From contig JAXLYJ010000005.1 of the NCBI GenBank assembly GCA_046351515.1, forward strand, positions 114,892-178,891: a stretch of 64,000 bases of DNA. The letters run 5' to 3'. The notes beneath the pieces are model-generated. The model was not told the origin of the DNA, did no database searches, and worked only from the letters and a program-made list of their open reading frames with translations. The translations under genes were made by a program, and so were the position numbers. This document shows, piece by piece, positions 23,951 to 33,256 of this stretch. The stretch's first letter is position 1; the number at the start of each line of letters is the position of its first letter. Source of the DNA: Polyangiales bacterium. GTDB taxonomy: Bacteria; Myxococcota_A; Polyangia; Polyangiales; Ga0077539.

Positions 23951-24676
23951 GTGCTACACCCTCGGGTCTCGATGAGCGATTTCTACGAAGACGAGGTCGA
24001 GCTGCGTCGGTTCGACAGCGCGTTCGATGCTGAGTTGGCCTTGGAGTTCGTGCGCGAACACGGCGTGCGCGCGAGGCTCAAGGGCTCTGGAACGACGCAC
24101 ATCCTCGATCGGTTCACGACGGTGGTGGACCTGCGGCTCATGGTTCCTGCCGGTGAGCGCGAGGCGGGGATGGCCGCGCTCGAAGCGATGGAGCTCGATG
24201 AAGACTCCGCCGACGAAGCCGCGCAGAAGCGGCTCGACGACGAGGCTCGCGGCGGAGCAGCCTACCGTGAACGCCGTGCCAACACGCAGGACGACGCGCC
24301 TTCTCCCAAGGATTTTCGCTACCGAAGCGGCGCGGTGGTGGGCGTCGCGTGGTTCGGCGGAGCGCATTTGAACGCCCGGCAGTCCGTGCTCGGCTGGTTC
24401 TTGTTCGCCGTCATGTGGACCTTGCTGCTCGCCGCTGTGACCACCGGAAAGCCCTGGCTCATCGTGACCTTCACGATGCTCTGGATCTACGACATCGCGC
24501 ACGGAATTCTGGCGGTGGATCTGCACAACGCCGGCAAGCGCGTCGAGCCCAAGATCCAGCTGTTGCACGGCCTGGCGGTGCTGCTCGTCGCCTCGCTCGC
24601 GTCGATGGCGCTCGTCGCTGTGCGTCCTCCACGCAGGCCCGCAGAAGACGCGATGGCTCCGGCGCCGGTCGGGTGA
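23951..24676 (+). CDS. hypothetical membrane protein
   Basis: Acidic soluble N-terminal half followed by hydrophobic helices (VLGWFLFAVMWTLLLAAV, LIVTFTMLWIY, LLHGLAVLLVASLASMALVAV). Confidence 0.45.
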   Translation: MLHPRVSMSDFYEDEVELRRFDSAFDAELALEFVREHGVRARLKGSGTTHILDRFTTVVDLRLMVPAGEREAGMAALEAMELDEDSADEAAQKRLDDEARGGAAYRERRANTQDDAPSPKDFRYRSGAVVGVAWFGGAHLNARQSVLGWFLFAVMWTLLLAAVTTGKPWLIVTFTMLWIYDIAHGILAVDLHNAGKRVEPKIQLLHGLAVLLVASLASMALVAVRPPRRPAEDAMAPAPVG

Positions 24677-24720
24677 TCGCCGCCTGTCGCGGTAGCGCCC
24701 GCGCGTAGGGTCTGCGAAGC

Positions 24721-25833
24721 TTGCGCCCGATGGCAACAGCACGGCCCAAGCGATATGCGCTCGCGATCGAACTCACGAGCTACTGCAATCAGAAGTGCGG
24801 CTACTGCTACAACGACTTTCGCGAGGACGGGGGCAAGTCCGTCGGCGCGCTTCCGACGGAGCAATTGCTCGCGGTCGTGGACAAAGCGCTGACCGAGGTC
24901 GAGTTCGATCACGTCACGCTCACCGGCGGAGAGCCCTTCGCGCGCTCGGACATCTTCGAGGTCATGGACCTCGTGAAGAAGCACGGCGTGGGTCTGCAGA
25001 TCATTTCGAACGGCGGGATGATCACCGAGGCGATCGCCAAGCGCCTCGCGCCGTACAAGCCGAGCTTCGTGCAGGTCACGCTCGACGGAGCGAGCAAAGA
25101 GCAGCACGAAGCGCACGTGGGCGAGGGGCACTACGACAAGACCCTGCGCGGCATCGCGCTGCTGAAAATGCACGGCGTCACGGTGTGCGGCTGCATCGTG
25201 ATCTCTCGAAAGAACGCGAAGGACGTCGGCGAGATCCTCGATCAGTTTCGGCGGCTCGGGATCAAGAGCGTCGCGCTCTCGCGGTTTTCTCCGTCGGGGT
25301 ACGCCGCGGCCAACGTCGCTGAGCTGCTCCCGTCTCGCTCGGAGATGATCACCGCGCTCGAGCAGGCCGAGGCGCGCGGCCGAGACAACAAGATGGACCT
25401 GCAAGTGACGATGCCGATGCCGCCGTGCGTGATCGAGCACAAGGACTATCCGCACGTCCGCTTCGGCGGCTGCCCGATCGGGACCGAGATGCAGGAGTTT
25501 GCGCTCGGGCCGAAGGGCGAGCTTCGCAACTGCACGCTGCACACGGACGTGATCGGCGACGGACAGAGCGAGTCGTTCGCCGCGCTCGTCGAGAGCCCCG
25601 CGGTGATGCAGTACCGCGACGTGACGCCAGAGTTCTGCGAGCCGTGCCCGCACAAGCGATCGTGCGTCGGCGGCTGCGGCGCCTCTGGGGTCGCGGTGCT
25701 CGGAAAGCAGAACCCGCTCGATCCCTTCGTCGCGCAGCACGTGGACGACGCGTTTCGCGCGCAGCTCAAAGCGGCGCGGCGGGGCGAATCGCCGGTGATT
25801 CCGGCCAATCGTCTGCGGCGCGCCGCGGTCTGA
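24721..25833 (+). CDS. radical SAM enzyme with C-terminal SPASM/twitch domain (peptide/protein-modifying type)
   Basis: CNQKCGYC (CxxxCxxC) 4Fe-4S/SAM motif near the N-terminus. C-terminal CEPCPHKRSCVGGCGASG auxiliary-cluster motif. 370 aa. Confidence 0.85.
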   Translation: MRPMATARPKRYALAIELTSYCNQKCGYCYNDFREDGGKSVGALPTEQLLAVVDKALTEVEFDHVTLTGGEPFARSDIFEVMDLVKKHGVGLQIISNGGMITEAIAKRLAPYKPSFVQVTLDGASKEQHEAHVGEGHYDKTLRGIALLKMHGVTVCGCIVISRKNAKDVGEILDQFRRLGIKSVALSRFSPSGYAAANVAELLPSRSEMITALEQAEARGRDNKMDLQVTMPMPPCVIEHKDYPHVRFGGCPIGTEMQEFALGPKGELRNCTLHTDVIGDGQSESFAALVESPAVMQYRDVTPEFCEPCPHKRSCVGGCGASGVAVLGKQNPLDPFVAQHVDDAFRAQLKAARRGESPVIPANRLRRAAV

Positions 25834-25948
25834 GCGAGCGGATCGAGAGCGGACAACGCGAAGGGAGCAGCGGGCGATGAGCGAAGACGAGAGCAAACGC
25901 GAGCCGAGCGACGAGGGCGAGCGCGACGAGGACAGCGAGGATCGCTCG

Positions 25949-26401
25949 ATGATCTTCGCGCGACGCAAGATGCTCGTCTCCGCGGCGCTCGCGGGCGTCG
26001 CGATGAGCACGGCGGGGTGCGATCAGCTCAAGCGCGCGATCGGGATCGGGGCCGACCCGCAGCCGTGTCTCTCTCCACCGGAGCCGCCTCCGCAGGTGTG
26101 CCTCGCGTATCGGCCGACCGAGCCGCAGGCGTGTCTGAGCGTCCCCATTCAGCCGCAGGTGTGCCTGTCGCCGCGCGTCGAAGAGCCGCCTCCCGACGCG
26201 GGCGGCGCAGCGGTCGATCCGCTCTCGGGGATGCGCGACCCCAACGCGATGCCGTGCCTCGCCGCGATGGACCCGCGTCGCGACCCGCCGCGACCACGGG
26301 TGTGTTTGTCGCGCGTGCCCTCGCGCCCTCGCGCCTGTCTCGGAGCGACGCAGAGCGACAACATGTTCAAGGACACCAACGAGTCCGACGACGAGTCGTG
26401 A
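25949..26401 (+). CDS. Tat-signal lipoprotein with seven P-x-x-C-L-[SAG] repeats and acidic C-terminal tail; candidate substrate of the adjacent radical SAM enzymes
   Basis: ATG 25949 with GAGGA 8 nt upstream (the ORF also opens at 25877 with an acidic extension). RRKML twin-arginine motif, then lipobox STAGC. Repeats PQPCLSPP, PQVCLAY, PQACLSV, PQVCLSP, MPCLAA, PRVCLSR, PRACLGA. Tail DNMFKDTNESDDES. Confidence 0.55.
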   Translation: MIFARRKMLVSAALAGVAMSTAGCDQLKRAIGIGADPQPCLSPPEPPPQVCLAYRPTEPQACLSVPIQPQVCLSPRVEEPPPDAGGAAVDPLSGMRDPNAMPCLAAMDPRRDPPRPRVCLSRVPSRPRACLGATQSDNMFKDTNESDDES

Positions 26402-26460
26402 CCGCGCCGCGCGCTCGGCGCTCTGCCGCTCGCGCGCTCGATGCACTACGCTACCGGTCG

Positions 26461-28707
26461 ATGACCCGTCCCGTGCGTGTGCTGCTCTTGTGGCCAGGAA
26501 CCGACGGCGCCGCCGCCGGCAACTTCGGCGTCCCGCAGCTCGTGTTGCTCGCGACCTACGCGCGCTCGAAGACTGGCGCCAAGATCGACATTCGCGACAT
26601 CGAGACCGAGCGCGCGTTCGGCGCCGTCTCGCTGCCTGCGCTGCTCGCGGGCGATCACGGCAGCGGCTACGACGTCATCGCGCTCGGAGTGTATTCGAGC
26701 TTCGATTACTTGAAGTGCGTCGCGCTCGCCGAAGTGGCGCGGCAGCTCTACCCCGAAGCGGTGATTGTTGCGGGCGGCTATCACGCGAGCGCTCGACCGG
26801 GCGACATCGTGTACGACGGCTCTCCGTTCGACGTGTGCATCGTGGGCGAGGGCGAGAAGCCCTTGGTGACCGTGATCGAATCGGTCGCGGGCGGCGCGCC
26901 GTTGCGTGGAGAAATCCTCGGCCCCGAGCCGGTCGACGTGCTCGACGATCTTCCGCCGAGCGACTGGAGCTTTCTCGCTCGCTACCGGTCCATCGCGCGC
27001 AAGGTCAACTCGCAAGCGCAGGTGTACTTCTCGCGCGGCTGCCCCTTCGACTGCGCGTTCTGCATGGAGCGCGCGAAGCGCGAGGTCTCGTGGCGCGCGC
27101 TGTCCATCGAGCGCGCGGTGCAAGAGATCCGCTCGCTGCACGAGTTTCTCGATCTGCGAACGTGGACCGTCTACATCGCCGACGCGCTGTTCGGGATGAA
27201 GGTCTCGTGGCGCAGGCAGTTTCTCGAAGCGCTCGCGCGCGAGGCGATTCCGGTCGACAAGTTCTGGCTGCTCATCCGCGTCGACCTCATCGACGAGGTG
27301 GATCTCTCGCTGTTTCACCAGGCCAACTGCGGGCTCGGATTCGGGCTCGAGTCCGGCGACCCTGCGCACCTCGCGACCATTCGCAAAGCCGGCCGCCTCG
27401 ACGAGTACCTCGATCGCATGCGCAACGTGTCCGCGTGGGCGAGGGAGCACCAGGTCCCTTGGGGAGCGAACGTGATCGTCGGGCACCCGGGCGAGACGCC
27501 CTCGTCGATCGAGCGCAGCGCCGCGTATTTGAGCGAGCTGTTTCTCGACCCGAAGGGCGTGACGGGATTTCTCTCGGTCGATCCGTTTCGGCTGTATCCC
27601 GGCTCGCCGATCGACTCCGAGCGCGGACAGTGGGAGGCACGCTTCGGCTGCGTGTTTCATCGGCCGGACTGGTGGCACGACGGCGATCAAGAGTTTCTCG
27701 CCGAGTGGGTCGATCCCTCGCGCGAGCTGACGTACCTCGAGCGCGCGCGCCTGCAGCACCAACACTTCGGTCCCATCCTCTCGCGCATCGAGGACAACTT
27801 CGTCTACCGCGGAAAAGCCCGCGAGTACTTCGTTCGCGCCATCCGCGATCAGGTCCGCCAGGACCGCGCGGGCATGCGCATGCACTACCTCGATCGCTAC
27901 TACGCGTGGCACCGCTACCTCGGTCGAAGCAGCAAGGGGGACGCGCATCGCCGCGCGGATCGCCACCTCGCGCAGACCGCGCGCGAGCTGCGAGAGCGGC
28001 ACCGCGCCTCGCTCTTGGAGTACGCGTCTCGACCGGGCGCCGAGCCATCGCGCGCCGCCGTCGTCGTGAGCGCGGTGCTCGACGCGCGCCGCGAGCTCTT
28101 CGTTCCGCTCGATCGCGTGATCGAGAGCGTGAAGGACGAGCCCGTCGCGCTCGACGCGAGCGGCGAGAGCACGGTGAGCGCGATGCACGCGTACGCTAGG
28201 ACCTTCGCGCTCGCGGACATCACCGAGGGCGATCGTGTCTTGGATCTCGGCTCGGGCACCGGCTACGGCTGCGCTGTCCTCCGATCGCTCGTCGGCGAGG
28301 ACGGAGCCGTGTGGGGCGTCGAGGTGGACCCCGCGCTCGCCGCGAAAGCGCAGAAAAACTGCGGCGAATTCGCCAACGTCGCCGTGCGCGCGGGCGACGC
28401 GATCGACCCCGCGCACTGGGGCGTCGAGCCCTCGCAGCTCACCAAAGTGTGCGGCGGATTCGCGCTCGAAGACATCCCCGAGGCGTGGTCGGTCCTGCCC
28501 GAGGGCTGCGTGATCGTCGCGCCGATCGGCGGGTCGGACGAGCAGCGATTGGTGCGCGCGACCAAGCGTGGGCAGCGGTGGTTGCGCGAGCCGTTCGACG
28601 CCGTGGTGTACGTGCGTCGACGAACCTCGGACGAAGTGCAGCCCGCGGTCGCCGCGGCCACGCGCGTCGAGCAGAGCGCGCGCAAGCACCTGCCGATCGC
28701 GACGTGA
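26461..28707 (+). CDS. B12-binding-domain radical SAM protein fused to a C-terminal class I SAM methyltransferase (PCMT-like)
   Basis: N-terminal cobalamin-binding-like region (VLLLWPGTD...VIALGVYSS). CxxxCxxC (RGCPFDCAFC). C-terminal VLDLGSGTGYGCAVL motif I. 748 aa. Confidence 0.8.
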   Translation: MTRPVRVLLLWPGTDGAAAGNFGVPQLVLLATYARSKTGAKIDIRDIETERAFGAVSLPALLAGDHGSGYDVIALGVYSSFDYLKCVALAEVARQLYPEAVIVAGGYHASARPGDIVYDGSPFDVCIVGEGEKPLVTVIESVAGGAPLRGEILGPEPVDVLDDLPPSDWSFLARYRSIARKVNSQAQVYFSRGCPFDCAFCMERAKREVSWRALSIERAVQEIRSLHEFLDLRTWTVYIADALFGMKVSWRRQFLEALAREAIPVDKFWLLIRVDLIDEVDLSLFHQANCGLGFGLESGDPAHLATIRKAGRLDEYLDRMRNVSAWAREHQVPWGANVIVGHPGETPSSIERSAAYLSELFLDPKGVTGFLSVDPFRLYPGSPIDSERGQWEARFGCVFHRPDWWHDGDQEFLAEWVDPSRELTYLERARLQHQHFGPILSRIEDNFVYRGKAREYFVRAIRDQVRQDRAGMRMHYLDRYYAWHRYLGRSSKGDAHRRADRHLAQTARELRERHRASLLEYASRPGAEPSRAAVVVSAVLDARRELFVPLDRVIESVKDEPVALDASGESTVSAMHAYARTFALADITEGDRVLDLGSGTGYGCAVLRSLVGEDGAVWGVEVDPALAAKAQKNCGEFANVAVRAGDAIDPAHWGVEPSQLTKVCGGFALEDIPEAWSVLPEGCVIVAPIGGSDEQRLVRATKRGQRWLREPFDAVVYVRRRTSDEVQPAVAAATRVEQSARKHLPIAT

Positions 28708-28719
28708 AAGGGCGCTGGC

Positions 28720-30177
28720 GTGTCGCAGGACGAGTTCTCGCTGAGTGCGCTGCTCGATGACGAGACCGATGGCGCGCGCGACGGCCTCGTCTTCGAGGGC
28801 GAGCGGCTTCGATGGAGCGAGGTCGCGACGCGCGCCCTGCGGCTCGGAGCCAAGATCGAGCGCGCCAACGGCGGTCGCGCGCGGCGAGTGGCGCTACGCG
28901 CGAGCAATCGACTCGAGACCGCGCTCGCGCTGTACGCGATGTTCGACCGGGGGATCACCGTCGTTCCGCTGCACCCGCGGCTGACGGACGCCGAGGCCGC
29001 GGCGCTCGCCGACGACGCCGAGTGCGCGCTCCGGCTCGACGACGCCTCGCTCGACGCGCTCATTCGAAGCGACGAAGCGCCGCTCGACCCTCGATGGACA
29101 CACGAAATCAAGATCGACCCCGAGGCGCCGCTCGCCGTGCTGTACACCTCGGGCACCACCGGTCGGCCCAAGGGCGCGGTGCTCTCGCGCCGCGCGTTCG
29201 TCGCCAGCGCCCGCGCGAGCGAGGTGAACCTGCCGTGGAGCGCGCGGGACCGTTGGCTCTTGTGCCTCCCGCTCTGCCACGTCGGCGGCCTCTCGGTGCT
29301 CACGCGGTGCTTGTTCGCGAGGCAAGGCGTGGTGCTGCAGCGAAAGTTCGACGAGCGCGCGGTGCTCGACGCGATCGAGCGCGAGGGGGTGACGATCGCG
29401 AGCTTCGTTCCGACGATGATGCATCGGCTGCTCGAGGCGGACTCGCGCGGCGCGCTCGCGGCGTTGCGCGCGGCGCTCTTGGGCGGGGCCGCGACGTCGA
29501 CCGCGCTGCTGCGCGCGTGCGCCGAGCGCTCGATCCACGCGCGAACGACGTACGGGCTCACCGAAGCGTGCTCGCAAGTGAGCACGCAGGGCGAGCGCGA
29601 TTGGAGCACGGTCGAGCTCGGCAGCGGCGCACCGCTCGCGGCGACAGAGCTCTGCGCGCTGCGCGAAGACGGGACTCGGTGCGAGCACGACGAGGTCGGC
29701 GCGCTCGTCCTGCGCGGACCGACGCTCTTCTCGGGCTATCTGCACCACGAGCCTCGGGCGCGCGAGAGCTGGTTTTCGACCGGCGATTTCGGGTTCTTCG
29801 ACGAGCGAGGACGCCTGCACGTCGTGGCGCGCAGGACCGACCTGATCGTGACGGGCGGCGAAAACGTCTACCCCCTCGAGGTCGAGCGCGCGCTCGACGG
29901 GATCGAAGGCGTGCGCGCCTCACTCGTGTTCGGCGTCGATGATCCGCGCTGGGGGCAGGTCGTGGCGTGCGCCCTGGTGATCGATGAGCGATTCTGTCCC
30001 GACCGTTTCGCGGTGAAATGCGCGGAGATGCTCGCGCCCCACAAGCGACCGCGGCTGTTCGCGCCGTGCGAGGCGCTGCCGCTGACCGCGGCGAACAAGC
30101 CCGATCGGCGCGCGGCGCGAGAGCGGTTTTCCTCGCAGCTCGAGCCGGTCCGCTATCGCGCATCCCCGAACCGCTGA
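28720..30177 (+). CDS. AMP-dependent synthetase/ligase (MenE/acyl-CoA synthetase-like adenylating enzyme)
   Basis: AMP-binding motif LYTSGTTGRPKG, TGDFGF...GR, and GGENVYP. 485 aa, 12 bp downstream of the preceding gene. Confidence 0.8.
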   Translation: MSQDEFSLSALLDDETDGARDGLVFEGERLRWSEVATRALRLGAKIERANGGRARRVALRASNRLETALALYAMFDRGITVVPLHPRLTDAEAAALADDAECALRLDDASLDALIRSDEAPLDPRWTHEIKIDPEAPLAVLYTSGTTGRPKGAVLSRRAFVASARASEVNLPWSARDRWLLCLPLCHVGGLSVLTRCLFARQGVVLQRKFDERAVLDAIEREGVTIASFVPTMMHRLLEADSRGALAALRAALLGGAATSTALLRACAERSIHARTTYGLTEACSQVSTQGERDWSTVELGSGAPLAATELCALREDGTRCEHDEVGALVLRGPTLFSGYLHHEPRARESWFSTGDFGFFDERGRLHVVARRTDLIVTGGENVYPLEVERALDGIEGVRASLVFGVDDPRWGQVVACALVIDERFCPDRFAVKCAEMLAPHKRPRLFAPCEALPLTAANKPDRRAARERFSSQLEPVRYRASPNR

Positions 30178-30575
30178 CGCCCCGATGACGTGATGGTTGA
30201 TGCAGAGAGCATCAACTCGCGCCGCGCCAGTGGTTCGGCGCCGCGGCGTACAAGCGCTGTGCGCGCCGTGCGATCGAGCAGCGGAGTGAGCGGCTACCGA
30301 GCTGTGTTGGACAAAGGGGGAGGAACCAACAACGGGGAGGGAGGGACGATGGATGCTCTCGGTAGCCGCTCGCTTCGTCGCTCGATTTGCAGGGCGAATC
30401 GTCGGCGTTGCTTTCACTCTGGCACGCGCGGGCGAAGCGTCAAGTCGAGAGGGAAGCATTCTGCTCTCTCGATGGGTTACAACGGTGCGCGCGTTCGGTC
30501 GTCGTCCGCTGCGAGGGCAGCGATGATGGGCGAGCGCGGATCGCAGCGCCTCTCAGACTCTCAAGGAATCTCCTC

Positions 30576-31679
30576 GTGGATCGTCGTCGTATCGCCATCA
30601 CTCTCGCTCGCGTGCTCGCGCTCGTCGGGCTCGTGGTCTCCGCGGCGCTCATCATCGAGTACGCGATGCCCGAGCCCACGCTCTGCGGTCCCGGCGGCGG
30701 GTGCACCGCCGTCCGCGCGTGCTGGGAGCAGCGCGTGAAGTGGTTTTCTCTTCCGTGGTTCGGGCTCGTCTCGTTCGGCGCCGCGCTGAGCGCGCTGCTG
30801 CTCGTGCCCAAAGACAAGGCGAGCAAGCTCTTGCCTGCGCTGGGGGCGCTCTCTGCGCTCGGCGGCGCGACGCTGATCGCGCTGCAGCTCGGGATGTGCC
30901 ACTCGTGGTGCAAGTTCTGTATGGTGACGGATTCGAGCGCGATTTTGCTGGGCGCGGCGCTCTTGTTCGGCCGCGACGCGTACGAGCCCGCCTCGCCGAC
31001 GCAGCGGTGGCTCTTCGGCGGCGGCGCGGTGCTGACCGCGTGCGTGGCGATGTTGAGCGCGCCCCCTGCGAGCACGGGCGGCGGCGGGACGGGCGGCGAT
31101 TCGTCGCGCGGACCGCGCGCTCAGTACGTCGCGGTCTTGCCGGGGCCGGTCGCGCGCGAGCAGCGCGACGGCGTGGTGACCATCGTCGAGTTCGCTGACT
31201 TCGAGTGTCCGTTTTGTCGCAGGCAACACGCGGTGCTCTCGTCGGTGATCGAGCGCTATCACGGACGCGTGCGGCTCGTGCGCAAGCAGCTCCCGTTGAC
31301 GGGGATTCACCCGCACGCCGAAGACGCGGCGAAGGCCGCGCTGTGCGCAGAGGAGCTCGGTCGCGGCGAAGCGATGGCCGATCGACTCTTTCGCGCGGAG
31401 GCAGAGCAGCTCACGGCCGACGGGACGACGGCGATCGCGCGCGAGCTCGGCCTGGACGAACGCGCGTTTCGCGAGTGCGTCGCCAACGATCGAACGCGCA
31501 GTCACATCGCGAGCGACCGCAACGCCGCGCACGAGTGCGGCGTGCAGGGGCTGCCGACGATGTTCATCGGGCACGAGCGGTTCGACGGCCTCGTGGACGA
31601 AGAGGCGCTTCGCGAGAGCATCGAGCACGCGCTGCACCCCGATGCAGGCGCGGGCGTGAGCAGCGCGGACGGGGGCTGA
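30576..31679 (+). CDS. vitamin K epoxide reductase (VKOR) domain fused to DsbA-like thioredoxin domain
   Basis: GTG 30576 with AAGGAA upstream. TM helices with CGPGGGC and CKFC redox pairs, then a DsbA-like domain with FECPFC. Confidence 0.75.
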   Translation: MDRRRIAITLARVLALVGLVVSAALIIEYAMPEPTLCGPGGGCTAVRACWEQRVKWFSLPWFGLVSFGAALSALLLVPKDKASKLLPALGALSALGGATLIALQLGMCHSWCKFCMVTDSSAILLGAALLFGRDAYEPASPTQRWLFGGGAVLTACVAMLSAPPASTGGGGTGGDSSRGPRAQYVAVLPGPVAREQRDGVVTIVEFADFECPFCRRQHAVLSSVIERYHGRVRLVRKQLPLTGIHPHAEDAAKAALCAEELGRGEAMADRLFRAEAEQLTADGTTAIARELGLDERAFRECVANDRTRSHIASDRNAAHECGVQGLPTMFIGHERFDGLVDEEALRESIEHALHPDAGAGVSSADGG

Positions 31680-31724
31680 GCGGAGGCGCTCGGGCGCTGC
31701 GAGGGCGATCGCTCGCCGCGGGGA

Positions 31725-33218
31725 TCAGCGGTCGGTTGCAGCGAGGGTTCGATCGGATCGCGATCGGCGGCGCGCCACGAGCGCGGCGGCTGCGGCGAGG
31801 GTGAGGGCCGCGAGGGGAGCGCGGGAGCGACCGCGAGCGGGCGTGCTGCACGCGCAGCCGTCGCCGGTGATGAACTGCGATGTGGCTGCGTCGCGAGCGG
31901 CGTCGCGGGCGCTGTCGGGCGCGCTCGCGTCGCTCGCATCGACGACGCCCGAGTCCATCACGACCGGCCGCGCGACGCCCCGGCCGCGCGCGGTGACGTA
32001 CACCGTCGGGGTGTCGGGGTCCGACGTGACGAGCGGAACGCGGGTTTCGAACGCGCCCTCGCTGCTCGGCGCAAAGCGCATCTCGACCGCGCGCATCGCT
32101 CGAACGGGCACGGCGATGCGCGGCTCGACCCAGGCGAAGGGCGCGCTGTCGATGTCCGTCGATCGCAGCACGTCGAGCGTGGCGCCGCCGCGATTGTCGA
32201 TGGTGACCGAGCGCGTCGCGCTCTCGCCGACGAAGACGTCGCCGAACTCGATGACCGACGGGAGCGGCGCGATGTCGGGCAGCTCGAAGCGCACGCGCTG
32301 CGGGTCGAAGAGCCACGGCCGCGCAGGGGTGTTGATGGGCACGGGAACATCGACGATGGGGATGTCCCAGCGACGGCCGAGCAACGAGACGTAGAGCGAC
32401 GGCGTGACGGTGATCGTGACGCTCTGATCGACCAGGCCTTCGAGCCGCGGAGCGAGCTCGACGAACGGGCCGCCTTCGAAGGGGAGGGTGATGCGCTCGA
32501 CGCTCTCGGTGATGGCGTCGGGGGCGGGCGCGAAGGAGATGCGCGTCGAGCGGTAGCCGGTCTCGAGCGAGGCCGAGGCGGCGAAGCTGAGCCCGCCGGA
32601 GATTCCTGGGATGGGGATGAGCGAGTCGGTGAGCGAGACGTCGGCGATGCGCTGACGCATGGTGCTGCCGCGGACGCTCGTGCGCGCCCAGCCCCAAGGG
32701 TCGAAGTTGCCGCGCGCGGTCGAGCGAAAGTCCACCTGCGGAACGAAGGGGATGTTTCCTTCCCAATCGTAGGTCGTCGCGCCGATCACGAGGTGCAGTC
32801 GGACGCTCGAGCGAAAGACGATCCCGTAGTCCGACTCGATCGAGGCGCTCTGCGCCGGTCCTGGCGGCGCGGCGACGGACATCGCGCGAGGCCACGAAGC
32901 AGCGAGCGATCCTCCCGCGCGAATCTCCGTGTGCCCGACGAACGCCGCTCGAAGCCGCACTTGCACGGGCGATCCGGCGGGGATCCACGACGTGTCGTAG
33001 TCGAACTCGACCGGCAGCCCCTCGCGCTTGACGAACTGAATCGGCGCGACCTGACAGCCGAGCGCGCTCGCGACGCACGCTCTCGCAGGGATCGCCGCGT
33101 CTGCTCCCGCGTCGGCTCCCGCGTCCTGCGCAGCCGCGCTCTGCGCGACGCACAGAGTGCCCACCAGCGTGAGCGCGGTGATCGCGCCTCGCAGCGAAGA
33201 AAGCGACGCAACGTGCAT
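31725..33218 (-). CDS. secreted protein with MYXO-CTERM (GCACS...TM...RRRSR) sorting domain
   Basis: N-terminal signal peptide MHVASLSSLRGAITALTLVGTLCVAQSAAA. C-terminus GDGCACSTPARGRSRAPLAALTLAAAAALVARRRSR is typical of Myxococcales C-terminal sorting. Confidence 0.6.
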   Translation of the reverse strand: MHVASLSSLRGAITALTLVGTLCVAQSAAAQDAGADAGADAAIPARACVASALGCQVAPIQFVKREGLPVEFDYDTSWIPAGSPVQVRLRAAFVGHTEIRAGGSLAASWPRAMSVAAPPGPAQSASIESDYGIVFRSSVRLHLVIGATTYDWEGNIPFVPQVDFRSTARGNFDPWGWARTSVRGSTMRQRIADVSLTDSLIPIPGISGGLSFAASASLETGYRSTRISFAPAPDAITESVERITLPFEGGPFVELAPRLEGLVDQSVTITVTPSLYVSLLGRRWDIPIVDVPVPINTPARPWLFDPQRVRFELPDIAPLPSVIEFGDVFVGESATRSVTIDNRGGATLDVLRSTDIDSAPFAWVEPRIAVPVRAMRAVEMRFAPSSEGAFETRVPLVTSDPDTPTVYVTARGRGVARPVVMDSGVVDASDASAPDSARDAARDAATSQFITGDGCACSTPARGRSRAPLAALTLAAAAALVARRRSRSDRTLAATDR

Positions 33219-33256
33219 GGGCTCGACGCTACCAGAAGAGCCGCGCGCTTCGCCGA

